From the NCBI GenBank assembly GCA_963797095.1, contig CAWCNY010000003.1, forward strand, positions 832,001-896,000: a stretch of 64,000 nucleotides of DNA, read 5' to 3'. Origin of the DNA: an uncultured Chloroflexia bacterium. GTDB taxonomy: Bacteria > Chloroflexota > Chloroflexia > QHBQ01 > JADMIH01. The notes beneath the pieces were generated by a model that searched no databases, was not told the DNA's origin, and saw nothing but the letters and a program-made list of their open reading frames with translations. This document shows positions 21,001 to 28,548 of the stretch, in pieces; within the stretch, counting starts at the first letter, position 1; each line of letters starts with the position of its first letter. The position numbers and the translations under genes are program-made.

Positions 21001-21411
21001 ACCCCTATCCCGGCCACGGCCACCCCGCAGCCCACGGTAACAAGCCAGCCCTCAGCTACCTCTACGCCTGTGGGTTTCTTCAGAAGTATCTACCTCGACA
21101 TCTCCATCACCAACCCTATACTGCAAGTCACTTACTACCAGGTGCACTTCGCCGACCCCAACCTGGAGGAGCAGCGTGAGCTATACCAGTACTCCTGGGA
21201 GCTTATCTTCCCTCCCGAGGACCCATGCTCCAACGGGCACATCGACGTGAGCGAGTTGCCATGGCAGGCCCTCTGGCGCCACCCCTACTGCCAGCACAGC
21301 CCCGGCGAGCAGGTCAGAGTGACCGTTACTCGCAACGATCAGTCGGTGCAGATCACAGGCCCCGCTCTCGGCCCCGCGCAAGCCACACCCACGCCCCTAC
21401 CCACACCTTGA
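18046..21411 (+). CDS. Large secreted multidomain protein with Chloroflexota-type N-terminal surface domain, Ig-like region and P/T/S linker
   Basis: VQYFDKSRME...GYPITEPYW...VQAFQRRVLTY domain; long TAT/PT-rich tract; GGAGG RBS. Confidence 0.8.
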   Translation: MKMLTKTASAGRAFRYVRTIAITSTVLSTTLLRMAGMVDTGPGLAFAGSFASTAFETVWQRADKPVAEGLAVRSWLWGEQPGKASYEPYAQGTQGERMVQYFDKSRMEVNHPDGNTLDPYYVTNGLLVVEMMGGEIQVGDAQFEPASPADVPVAGDLNDPGQTAPTYAAMANVASLHGENRADKLSPGTPIVATIDSTGHANPTGGPTGLARAAEYTPDTGHNIPNVFWNFLNSQGAVYEGGKQVEAKLMDWVYVMGYPITEPYWTHIRVGGADRLVLVQAFQRRVLTYSPNNPDGWKVEMGNVGMHYYAWRYEQDTTGFVFVNGGYIEPPYSVERQGAGILINGSIVQSASVSSEAHAPDPPPAQPKDASDLVSIASYRLWQLHIGLAKDLTPQIRAGIVSLIKSYPVAADVSDDESGFLVTDSAGSQAVLMVPTEPAPGSEQVNKGLAEMVGDWREVLRSGGALLVSSGVNMEVPAEHTEGFLGALVAAYNLGEADRRAKLNDLIGAPPIVADLMRAGAPPASLRARLPQPRPEATPIPAGLSANKGGSGLFSPPAQGANALSDTPKADKAYIFMTLGGYEEREPVQKAARDQGYQVIFYPSIRYPMGSTTIDNFLATSGQAAILYVAAHGNASALAIEQYATKAQRDAAWKGYHDRGIETLRGEEPSSDGLGTDYTLSIGGNLIEARWRDANTIVQISACDSAGLASNFKAREFIGYPAALYEDQLAKDNSEFWGRLDGTRDNGQKRNVGDAFNGSLLQKTGFVPYSRANGRTVLSPSVVSYSPANGAQLPVGTEARVTITFDTPMDPRWHPLIVSGCGISYLTFANWTDNHTYSYGFIPQAAGQTRLGAVAHFARSLSSQNYFATSRFGDLDGNTKPVGTDHVGANGDNFEWSVGCVGSTIPSTSTPQPTVAPPSTATPQPTVTPPSTATSQPTSTTQATATPEATSTPSATASATATATASPTASPTPSPSPSPTATSTATPIPATATPQPTVTSQPSATSTPVGFFRSIYLDISITNPILQVTYYQVHFADPNLEEQRELYQYSWELIFPPEDPCSNGHIDVSELPWQALWRHPYCQHSPGEQVRVTVTRNDQSVQITGPALGPAQATPTPLPTP

Positions 21412-21427
21412 ACCCTGACCCACACGG

Positions 21428-21477
21428 ATAGAGCGACCGGAGACAGCCATTTTGTTCGCTGTCTCCGGTCGCTCTAT
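21428..21477. terminator. Bidirectional terminator-like hairpin
   Basis: Perfect 20-bp stem ATAGAGCGACCGGAGACAGC/GCTGTCTCCGGTCGCTCTAT between convergent genes. Confidence 0.8.
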
Positions 21478-21520
21478 AAAGTAGGAGTGGAGCGCGGGCG
21501 ACCTATGGCGGATAGGCCCG

Positions 21521-24037
21521 CTACTTCCCGACCGCTACCTCGCCCTGTGCGTTCGTCGTCAGATACAGCGAACCTTTGTCATCGCTCGTGAAACCACTGC
21601 CCGGTGCGACAGTGATCGTCTGGTTGCTGCCGGTCGCGACCACGCTCACCGAGTAAGCCGTATTTGGGGCCAGGTTCGCAAGCAGGTGCACAGTCGGCGC
21701 TGTCGGCACGACATAGCTGATCGTGCCGCTCACCGGCTGGCTCTCCGGCCCTGTTCCGAACAGCACTACATGGTTGGTGCCCGGCTCGCTCAACAGAACG
21801 CCTTGTACCTCGCCGCTAAGCACATTGCCGTCGGCTGCCGATATGCGCGTTGCGAGAGCTACCGTGCCGGGTGCATCGGCTGCGTCGAACACTGTGAGCC
21901 AGCGCTGATCGGTGGCCGGGGTACCGGGGCGCACTTCGAGGCGGTAAACCTTGTTGCTGTTGAAGACGTTCACCAGCGTGTTGGCGTGGTTATAGGGCAG
22001 CAAGGTAGTGACCGAGCCTGCGAACGTCGTACCCACATTCACGTCGAAACGATGCATCCCATTGGAGGGTGCGCCCACTTCCGCGGGCATGCCCGCAAAG
22101 TGGAACGCCATCCACTGGTCCGCGCCGGCATCCGACACTGCCGTGCGGTCGTAGAGCACGAAAAGGCGGGGGCGTAGGTAGATAACCTCGCGGGTCCATG
22201 CGCCAACGAGCGGGCTTGTGCCATCACCGGCCCGGCGGTACATGTCCTCAAGGTCGGTGCCGCGAATGTAGACATAGGGGCCGGCGTCTACGAGGAGGCC
22301 GATCCGGGTTTTCGTCTGATCGGGCTCGACGCCGGTCTGGCCGTAGCGATCGGCGCGAACGTAGAAGATATTAAAGAGGGTGCCGTTCCCCAGCGTCGGA
22401 TCCGTCTCGTTGCTGCCATAGAGGTCATCGTAGATCGGCTGTTCGAACGAGCTGCCTTCGTCGCCACCCGGTGTGTTGCGTAATAGGGCTCCGGTAGCAT
22501 TCGCCAGCAGCGGCTGGCCGCCACGTACAATAGCCAGGCTGCCCTGGTCGTAATATTGCTCGCCTGACCCTGGATAAGCTACGTAGGGACCTGAGGTGAA
22601 CGAACCCCAGACGGCATCGGTCTGCCAGCTTGAGCGCATTGCCACCGTTCCCATCCCCTGCGCCAGGTATGACAACGGCAGAGTCTTGAAATCCTGCTCT
22701 GGCGCGTCCTCGTCCCAGAAGAGGAAATCCTGCCACGGCATGCCCACCTCTCCCTGCAAATTGCGCACTTCTCGTGCGAAGCTGTGCACTATCGGCGCTG
22801 AGGGGTCGTTCCAGCTTGCAAGCACGCCTGCAAGCACGCTGTACAGGTAGCTGGGCGTTCGGGCCGGGTTATCCGATCCGTAGAGCGCGCCACGGTCGTC
22901 CAGCGATAGCCTGTTGGGCCAGCTGAAGTGGATCAGGTTCAAACCCACTTCCAGCGGGAAGTTGAATGGCGCTACCGAGTTGTGGACCAGATCGAGCCCT
23001 TTGGCGGTCCGCGCCGCGAGTGCCGGCCAGATCATGTTCTCCGTGGCAAGCGGCCCGTAGTTCCAACCTTCCGGCCAGCCGCCGCCGATCATGTGGTCTG
23101 CATAGTAAGGCTGGACCATCTGCAGGTGCATGCGCTGCAGCCAATCGTCCCATTGAGTTGGGGCCTGTGGATTATCACCCTCGGTGGCAAGCGCCGCCAG
23201 TGCCTTCGCTGCGTAATAACCGGCAAAGTAGTTGCCCATCGGGTAGTCGCGCTCAAAGCCGCCATCCTGCTGCGGGCCGTCGGGGCATATGCCGCCGTGC
23301 TCGAACCAGTCAATCCAGAGATTAAGAGCGGTGTACACCTTCGCACGCAGGGCAGGTGTCAGAGCATCATACAGCCAATCGTAGCCAAGCGCCATGCCAA
23401 TCCCGTAGTTGCGGATACCATAGCCGTCGTCGCGCAAAGGGCAAGCCCAGTGTGGCGAGCCTGGCGGGTCGGACATCTTATCCAGGATATCGGCACCCTT
23501 TGCCCCGTAGGATGGCGCCGTATCGGCGGCTACTGTCTTGGTGGTCTGGTAGCACAGACCCAGGTTTAATAACGGATGGAGGTAACCGTCGCCCTGGTAG
23601 CCCGCGCCAATGCTGCCGTTATCCGGGTAATTATTGCCGTCCGGGTACTCAACGCTGCCACCGAGATAAAGGTCGCACTGCTCCTTCAGCGTCGCCCACT
23701 CTATGTTGCCAGCAGTTGCTTTCTGGCGCAAGCGCCTCAGGGTTGCCTCATCAAGCAATATCCTGGGCCGGGCCGCGCCTATCGCCGGAGAGCTCGTGAT
23801 CCCCGCCGTCGGTGAGGCGCTTATCGAGCTGGTGGCAGTCGGCTCCAGACCCGAGGTTGCTGATGGTTCCGCGACCGGCATACTGCCAGAAGTCGGCAGC
23901 GGGGCCGGGGTTGAGGTGGGAGAGGAGAGGTCGCAAGCCACGAGACCCATCAACAGCCCGGCCAGAGAGATCGCGGACAATAACATGCTGAACTTTGAGC
24001 TTGACCGGGCTATGTTGTTCACGATTTGTCTTATCAT
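21521..24037 (-). CDS. Lipoprotein, heparinase II/III-like (alpha-toroid + beta-sandwich) putative polysaccharide lyase
   Basis: Lipobox LVAC, RPRILLD, GGGWPEGWNYG, AMRSSW, WTREVIYLRP; start uncertain. Confidence 0.65.
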   Translation of the reverse strand: MIRQIVNNIARSSSKFSMLLSAISLAGLLMGLVACDLSSPTSTPAPLPTSGSMPVAEPSATSGLEPTATSSISASPTAGITSSPAIGAARPRILLDEATLRRLRQKATAGNIEWATLKEQCDLYLGGSVEYPDGNNYPDNGSIGAGYQGDGYLHPLLNLGLCYQTTKTVAADTAPSYGAKGADILDKMSDPPGSPHWACPLRDDGYGIRNYGIGMALGYDWLYDALTPALRAKVYTALNLWIDWFEHGGICPDGPQQDGGFERDYPMGNYFAGYYAAKALAALATEGDNPQAPTQWDDWLQRMHLQMVQPYYADHMIGGGWPEGWNYGPLATENMIWPALAARTAKGLDLVHNSVAPFNFPLEVGLNLIHFSWPNRLSLDDRGALYGSDNPARTPSYLYSVLAGVLASWNDPSAPIVHSFAREVRNLQGEVGMPWQDFLFWDEDAPEQDFKTLPLSYLAQGMGTVAMRSSWQTDAVWGSFTSGPYVAYPGSGEQYYDQGSLAIVRGGQPLLANATGALLRNTPGGDEGSSFEQPIYDDLYGSNETDPTLGNGTLFNIFYVRADRYGQTGVEPDQTKTRIGLLVDAGPYVYIRGTDLEDMYRRAGDGTSPLVGAWTREVIYLRPRLFVLYDRTAVSDAGADQWMAFHFAGMPAEVGAPSNGMHRFDVNVGTTFAGSVTTLLPYNHANTLVNVFNSNKVYRLEVRPGTPATDQRWLTVFDAADAPGTVALATRISAADGNVLSGEVQGVLLSEPGTNHVVLFGTGPESQPVSGTISYVVPTAPTVHLLANLAPNTAYSVSVVATGSNQTITVAPGSGFTSDDKGSLYLTTNAQGEVAVGK

Positions 24038-24337
24038 GGAACACACCATCTGCATGTTGACACATGCTATGTGCGACCAGCCATGTGAAAACGTACAATC
24101 TGAGTGCAGCTTTGACACGCTGCTATCAGGATCTATAGCTTGGAGCTTGGTAGAGATAATACCATATGCCTCCGGCTCTATAGATATGTTTCGTCGGTGC
24201 GCCCCAGATGGTCTGCTTTACCCCTACACCTGCCACGCAACTGTTCAGCGATGACTTCGCCCATGAACGATCGCTCACTGTCCCATGAGCGAGCTCAAAA
24301 GTACTCTTGAGCCATCCTGCCCTGTACATTTACCTCA

Positions 24338-24366
24338 TTGACAGATCGCCATCCCCATGCTAGGAT
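24338..24366 (+). promoter_or_regulatory. sigma70-type promoter
   Basis: TTGACA-N17-TAGGAT with TG extension. Confidence 0.55.
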
Positions 24367-24453
24367 TGTCACGAACGAGCACAAATCTGTGGCTCGCATC
24401 TATTATTTCTGCATTGAAGCAAGCGAAGAAGCAAGCGAAGACGGAGACAAAAC

Positions 24454-25761
24454 ATGGCCGGTAAGAACGATAACCCGGTAACGGGCAGATCGGATGACGC
24501 CATCTATAGCCGAAGGCAATTCCTTCTCAACGCCGCGAAACTGGCCGGGGCCGCCATAGCTTATCCTCTCCTGTCAAGCCCGGTAGCAGCTGCCGCCCAA
24601 ACCGCAAGCAAATCGTCGCCCACCACGTCCAGGCCGGTTGGCCCGCATACGGTCGGCCTCTTGATGCCGGCCTCAAGCTACTATGCGGCCCTATCAAGCA
24701 GCTTCATAGCCGGTATGTCCCTCTCGTTCAGGCAGTTGGGCATGCCTGGGGTTGAGGTGGTCTCAGAAGATATAGGCTCAGGCTCGCACGATGTGTGGCA
24801 CAAGGTCGAGTTGATGATCCAATCAGGGGGCGTTGACGTGCTGGTCGGCATGGTAAATCCGAGCGTGGCTGCGACAATTCGCCCGCTGCTCGAAGGGTCC
24901 AACAAGGCGTTCATCGCCTCCGGTTTGGGCGAAAACGTGCCTCGCACCGGCGAATACAGCCCCAATATCCTGTACCATACAATGGATATGTGGCAGGCCA
25001 ACTGGGCGCTCGGCAATTGGGCCGCGCGCAACCTGGGCACCACCGCCGTGTCCGGCTCCTCTTTCTACGATAGCGGCTATGACACCGAATACGCGTTCCG
25101 CTGCGGCTTCGAAAGCGGCGGAGGGCAAATAGTAGCCGGCCTTATAACGCACCGCCCAGGCGACACCGGCGGCGTCGCGCCCCTGATCTCCCTGGTCAGG
25201 GACACCCATCCCGATCTGGTCTTTGCGGGCTACTGCGGCAACCTTGCCGTCGATCTGCTGAAAGCCTATTCAGGCGTCGGTCTATCGAGGTCCGTACCCC
25301 TCATCGGCACCGCTTATCTCACCGACCGCCAGGTGCTCGCTTCGACCGGCAATGCGGCGGCAGGGATCAGGACCGCCTTTTCCTGGTCCCGCACCCTCGA
25401 CACCCCCGAAAACCAGGCGTTCGTGGCTGCATACGAGAGCGCAACCGGCAAGAGAGCCGATCCTTTCTCGGTGCTTGGCTACGAAGCCGCCCAGATAATC
25501 GCCGCCATCACGGCTGGAAGGTCGCCGGTGGGGGCGCTGAGCACGGCCCAATTCACCGGCCCTCGCGGCAGAATCACCACAGACGGCCAGACCCATAGCA
25601 CCGTCGGGCCGGTCTACTTGCAGGAAGCCCAGAGGCGCGCCAACCTGATGCAGAACATGGTGGTAGAGCAATTGAAAGCTGCCGCCGAACAGGATGAGCA
25701 GATTGCCGCTCTTCAGGCCGCCAACAAGACCGGCTGGCTGAACACCTACCTCTGCGATTGA
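24454..25761 (+). CDS. Tat-exported branched-chain amino acid-type substrate-binding protein (orphan)
   Basis: SRRQFL Tat motif; PENQAFVAAY...LGYEAA...FTGPRG type I PBP motifs; C-terminal GWLNTYLC. Confidence 0.8.
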   Translation: MAGKNDNPVTGRSDDAIYSRRQFLLNAAKLAGAAIAYPLLSSPVAAAAQTASKSSPTTSRPVGPHTVGLLMPASSYYAALSSSFIAGMSLSFRQLGMPGVEVVSEDIGSGSHDVWHKVELMIQSGGVDVLVGMVNPSVAATIRPLLEGSNKAFIASGLGENVPRTGEYSPNILYHTMDMWQANWALGNWAARNLGTTAVSGSSFYDSGYDTEYAFRCGFESGGGQIVAGLITHRPGDTGGVAPLISLVRDTHPDLVFAGYCGNLAVDLLKAYSGVGLSRSVPLIGTAYLTDRQVLASTGNAAAGIRTAFSWSRTLDTPENQAFVAAYESATGKRADPFSVLGYEAAQIIAAITAGRSPVGALSTAQFTGPRGRITTDGQTHSTVGPVYLQEAQRRANLMQNMVVEQLKAAAEQDEQIAALQAANKTGWLNTYLCD

Positions 25762-25802
25762 GCCCTGGTCCTTCCTCTCATCGATCTTTATTGGGAGCGC
25801 TC

Positions 25803-26126
25803 ATGCTGGGGAGCTTTACCTCACAAACATTCAGCCCGCATGTGGGCGACACCTTTACACTCGCAGTAGAGGGTATGCCTCCGGTAGAGCTGCAATTGAT
25901 CTCCGTAACCGAGGTTGGCGCCCTCTCGTCCGGCAGGCCCGTAAGGGAGGCCCAGGACTACAATGGACGTGTACCTTTCTCACTTCTCTTCCGGGGCCAA
26001 CTCGATCTCTACCTGCCTCAGCAAATATATCACTTCGAACACGACCGGCTAGGCGCGATGGATATCTTCATAGTGCCAATAGGCCCCGACGCCCAGGGGA
26101 TGCGGTTCGAAGCCATCTTCGCCTGA
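25803..26126 (+). CDS. DUF6916-like protein
   Basis: FSLLFRG...LPQQIY.FEH..LG...IFIVPIG...FEAIF pattern. Confidence 0.75.
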   Translation: MLGSFTSQTFSPHVGDTFTLAVEGMPPVELQLISVTEVGALSSGRPVREAQDYNGRVPFSLLFRGQLDLYLPQQIYHFEHDRLGAMDIFIVPIGPDAQGMRFEAIFA

Positions 26127-26172
26127 GAGCAGACGAAACCCAACAAATAAGCAATAAGCAGCACGCAACAAC

Positions 26173-26212
26173 CACTCGTCACTCGTCACTCGCTACTCGT
26201 CACTCGCCACTC
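26173..26212. repeat. (CACTCGT)n heptamer repeat
   Basis: Overlaps the GNAT stop codon. Confidence 0.85.
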
Positions 26213-26662
26213 CATCAGATAATAAACCCCCACCTCTTCCACCGGCTTGAAGCCCAGGCGGTCGTATAGTCGCCTGGCCGGGTTGAAGCGTTCCACGTGG
26301 ATGCGCACCGGCTTGCCCGCCTCCCTCCCCTCCCCCAAAATGCGCGTTATGAGCCAGGTGCCTATGCCCCCATTGCGGTACTCCGGCAGCAGCGCGATAT
26401 CGACAATCCGTATCTCTTCCGGCCAGCGAGCTACATACAGGCGACCGGCGGCCCTGCCGTCTACCAGAATGATATCGCAGTTAGTGCCGGTGTAATGCTT
26501 CTGATAATAGTCGTGCTGGGCCGAAAACTGCTGTGCCAGGAACGCATCTTTCTGCGCGTCGTCCCAATCCACAAGTGCCAGTTCGGCCTCGCGCGTGCCC
26601 GCATACACTCGATAGAGAAAGGGCAGATCGTCAGATGTGATGGGGCGAAGCGTTATCTCCAT
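26186..26662 (-). CDS. GNAT N-acetyltransferase
   Basis: DIALLPEYRNGGIGT acetyl-CoA motif, NPARRLYDRLGF. Confidence 0.9.
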   Translation of the reverse strand: MEITLRPITSDDLPFLYRVYAGTREAELALVDWDDAQKDAFLAQQFSAQHDYYQKHYTGTNCDIILVDGRAAGRLYVARWPEEIRIVDIALLPEYRNGGIGTWLITRILGEGREAGKPVRIHVERFNPARRLYDRLGFKPVEEVGVYYLMEWRVTSSE

Positions 26663-26682
26663 ACATGGTTCAGGTGCACCCT

Positions 26683-26707
26683 GTAAGGGCGAGTCATGCC
26701 TCGCCTT
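26683..26707. repeat. GTAG-type REP-like palindrome (degenerate copy)
   Basis: GTAAGGGCGAGTCATGCCTCGCCTT, near-identical to 38960. Confidence 0.6.
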
Positions 26708-26751
26708 TTCAGGGCGTCTATAGAAGTGCGAATAGGGACTTTAACTCGACC

Positions 26752-27279
26752 TCAGGGGCGCGGCGGGAATACGCCTTGCATCGCGATGCAGAAGTTGAGC
26801 GTCAAATAAGGCTGCATGTTATTGTGCGGGAAACTGCTCCCCACGAACGGCAACGCCTGGGGAGACATCTGCACCAGGTTCTGGGTGCTGTTCTGCTGGT
26901 AGGCATTCGCGTACCTGGCAAGCGCGTGGTCGGCAGGACCGGGGCTGTCGCCGAGAGTATTGTTGCCTCTCTGGGTATGCGTATGGTTCGGCATCTCGGA
27001 GGTCAGCAGAGTTACCGTCTCGGACCCTCCGATCTCGCCCAGATCATGTATTGTCAGGCCGGGGCCGGGTTGGTTGCCGCCGATGTGCATTGGAACCGAA
27101 CCCTGGAGATTCGGCAAGCCGAAGTTGGACTTGCCGTTGCCTCCATACGTTGTGCCGAGCAACGAGAATAACGCGGTGTTCTGGCTTATCGGCAGTAGCT
27201 GGCCGTTGCAAAATGCCCAACCTCTGGGGGCGAAGTTGAATGGAAATATGCGTATCTCTGCAACGAATGGATCGGCCAT
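26752..27279 (-). CDS. Phage tail-collar domain (MdpB-like) protein 3
   Basis: FVAEIRIFPFNFAPRGWAFCNGQLL...GTTYGG; HTH; HNNMQPYLTLNFCI. Confidence 0.92.
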   Translation of the reverse strand: MADPFVAEIRIFPFNFAPRGWAFCNGQLLPISQNTALFSLLGTTYGGNGKSNFGLPNLQGSVPMHIGGNQPGPGLTIHDLGEIGGSETVTLLTSEMPNHTHTQRGNNTLGDSPGPADHALARYANAYQQNSTQNLVQMSPQALPFVGSSFPHNNMQPYLTLNFCIAMQGVFPPRP

Positions 27280-27289
27280 CAATTACCTC

Positions 27290-27811
27290 CTAAGACGGTG
27301 AGGGGTATACACCAAACAACGAGATGATAAAATTGAGGCCCAGGTACGGCTGGAAATTGCTGTGCGGCTGGCTGCCCCCTACCGGTGTGATGGCGGTGGC
27401 GGCCATATTTACCGTCGGCACATCCTCAAGATAGAGGTCTATACCCGCCGTGCGCGATTGGGCGAGTACGTTGCCCAGCGGGTCGGGGAGCGACCCCAAA
27501 TCCGCCGATGCGGTCAAAGGGTGAGTGTGGCTAGGTATCTGGTTGGTGGTGAGAGTTACCTCCTCAACCCCACCGTTCTGGCCGATTATGTAACTGTTAC
27601 CGCTGTCCGTGCCCATATGGATGGGCACGCGCCCTCGCAGATCGGGTAGCGCGAAAGTGCTCTGCCCATCGCCTCCGTATGTCGTGCCTATCAGGTTATA
27701 GAGGGTCTCGTATTCGGAGATTGGCAGCAGGCTACCGTCGCAAAACAACCATCCGGCGGGAGCAAAGTTGCCCGCGAATATCCGTATCTCACCGACAAAG
27801 GGCAATCCCAT
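27290..27811 (-). CDS. Phage tail-collar domain (MdpB-like) protein 2
   Basis: FVGEIRIFAGNFAPAGW...GTTYGGDG...LPDLRGR; HTH. Confidence 0.92.
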   Translation of the reverse strand: MGLPFVGEIRIFAGNFAPAGWLFCDGSLLPISEYETLYNLIGTTYGGDGQSTFALPDLRGRVPIHMGTDSGNSYIIGQNGGVEEVTLTTNQIPSHTHPLTASADLGSLPDPLGNVLAQSRTAGIDLYLEDVPTVNMAATAITPVGGSQPHSNFQPYLGLNFIISLFGVYPSPS

Positions 27812-27869
27812 CGATAGCTCCTCTCCTCTCTATCTTTACTGTCAGAATAGTACTCACACGATCCATCGT

Positions 27870-28379
27870 TTACGTCGGTGATGGGAAGATGCCCACCAGG
27901 GCGATGCAGAAATTGAGCGTCAAGAACGGCTGCACATTCAGGTGCGCCTGGCTTCCGCCGGCATTAGTCACCGAACCGGCCACCAGCGTGGTGAGGTTTT
28001 GAGCCGGGCCGTAAATGTTGTTCACGGTGCGCGCAAGGATGTTGCCCGACGGTGTGTTGGGCACGGGCGCGTTGCCGTCGCTGGCCGAGGCTTGCAGCGT
28101 GTGCGCGTGCTGAGGCATCTCGCTGGTCGTCAGAGTGTGGTTGACCTCTCCGGCCCTCTCACCCAATGTGTGACTTGAGCCGAAGTGGAGAGGCACGCGC
28201 CCCTGCAAATTGGGCAGGGCAAAGTTGGTCTGGCCGTTGCCCCCATACGTTGTACCGAGCAACGAAAATAGCGCCTGGTTCTGATTGATAGGCAGCAGTT
28301 GCCCGTTGCACAACGCCCAGTTTCGCGGGGCAAAATTAAAACTCACGATCCTGATCTCGCTTAGAAATGGCTCGGACAT
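27870..28379 (-). CDS. Phage tail-collar domain (MdpB-like) protein 1
   Basis: FLSEIRIVSFNFAPRNWALCNGQ...GTTYGG; HAH. Confidence 0.92.
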   Translation of the reverse strand: MSEPFLSEIRIVSFNFAPRNWALCNGQLLPINQNQALFSLLGTTYGGNGQTNFALPNLQGRVPLHFGSSHTLGERAGEVNHTLTTSEMPQHAHTLQASASDGNAPVPNTPSGNILARTVNNIYGPAQNLTTLVAGSVTNAGGSQAHLNVQPFLTLNFCIALVGIFPSPT

Positions 28380-28427
28380 GCGGACCCCCGTTGGAGAATA
28401 GTATTATTGAACCGGCATGCTCATGCT

Positions 28428-28456
28428 AGCATAAGTTATGTGTGCAGCCCTGTCAA
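28428..28456 (-). promoter_or_regulatory. sigma70-type promoter of the tail-collar operon
   Basis: TTGACA-N17-TATGCT on the minus strand. Confidence 0.6.
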
Positions 28457-28548
28457 GACCACGGGAAGCCAACTTCAGACAGGCTCAGCCCAGGGTTGAT
28501 ATAATGGTCCCAGACTACACCAACATAGATCAAAGACGCGATAGCTTT

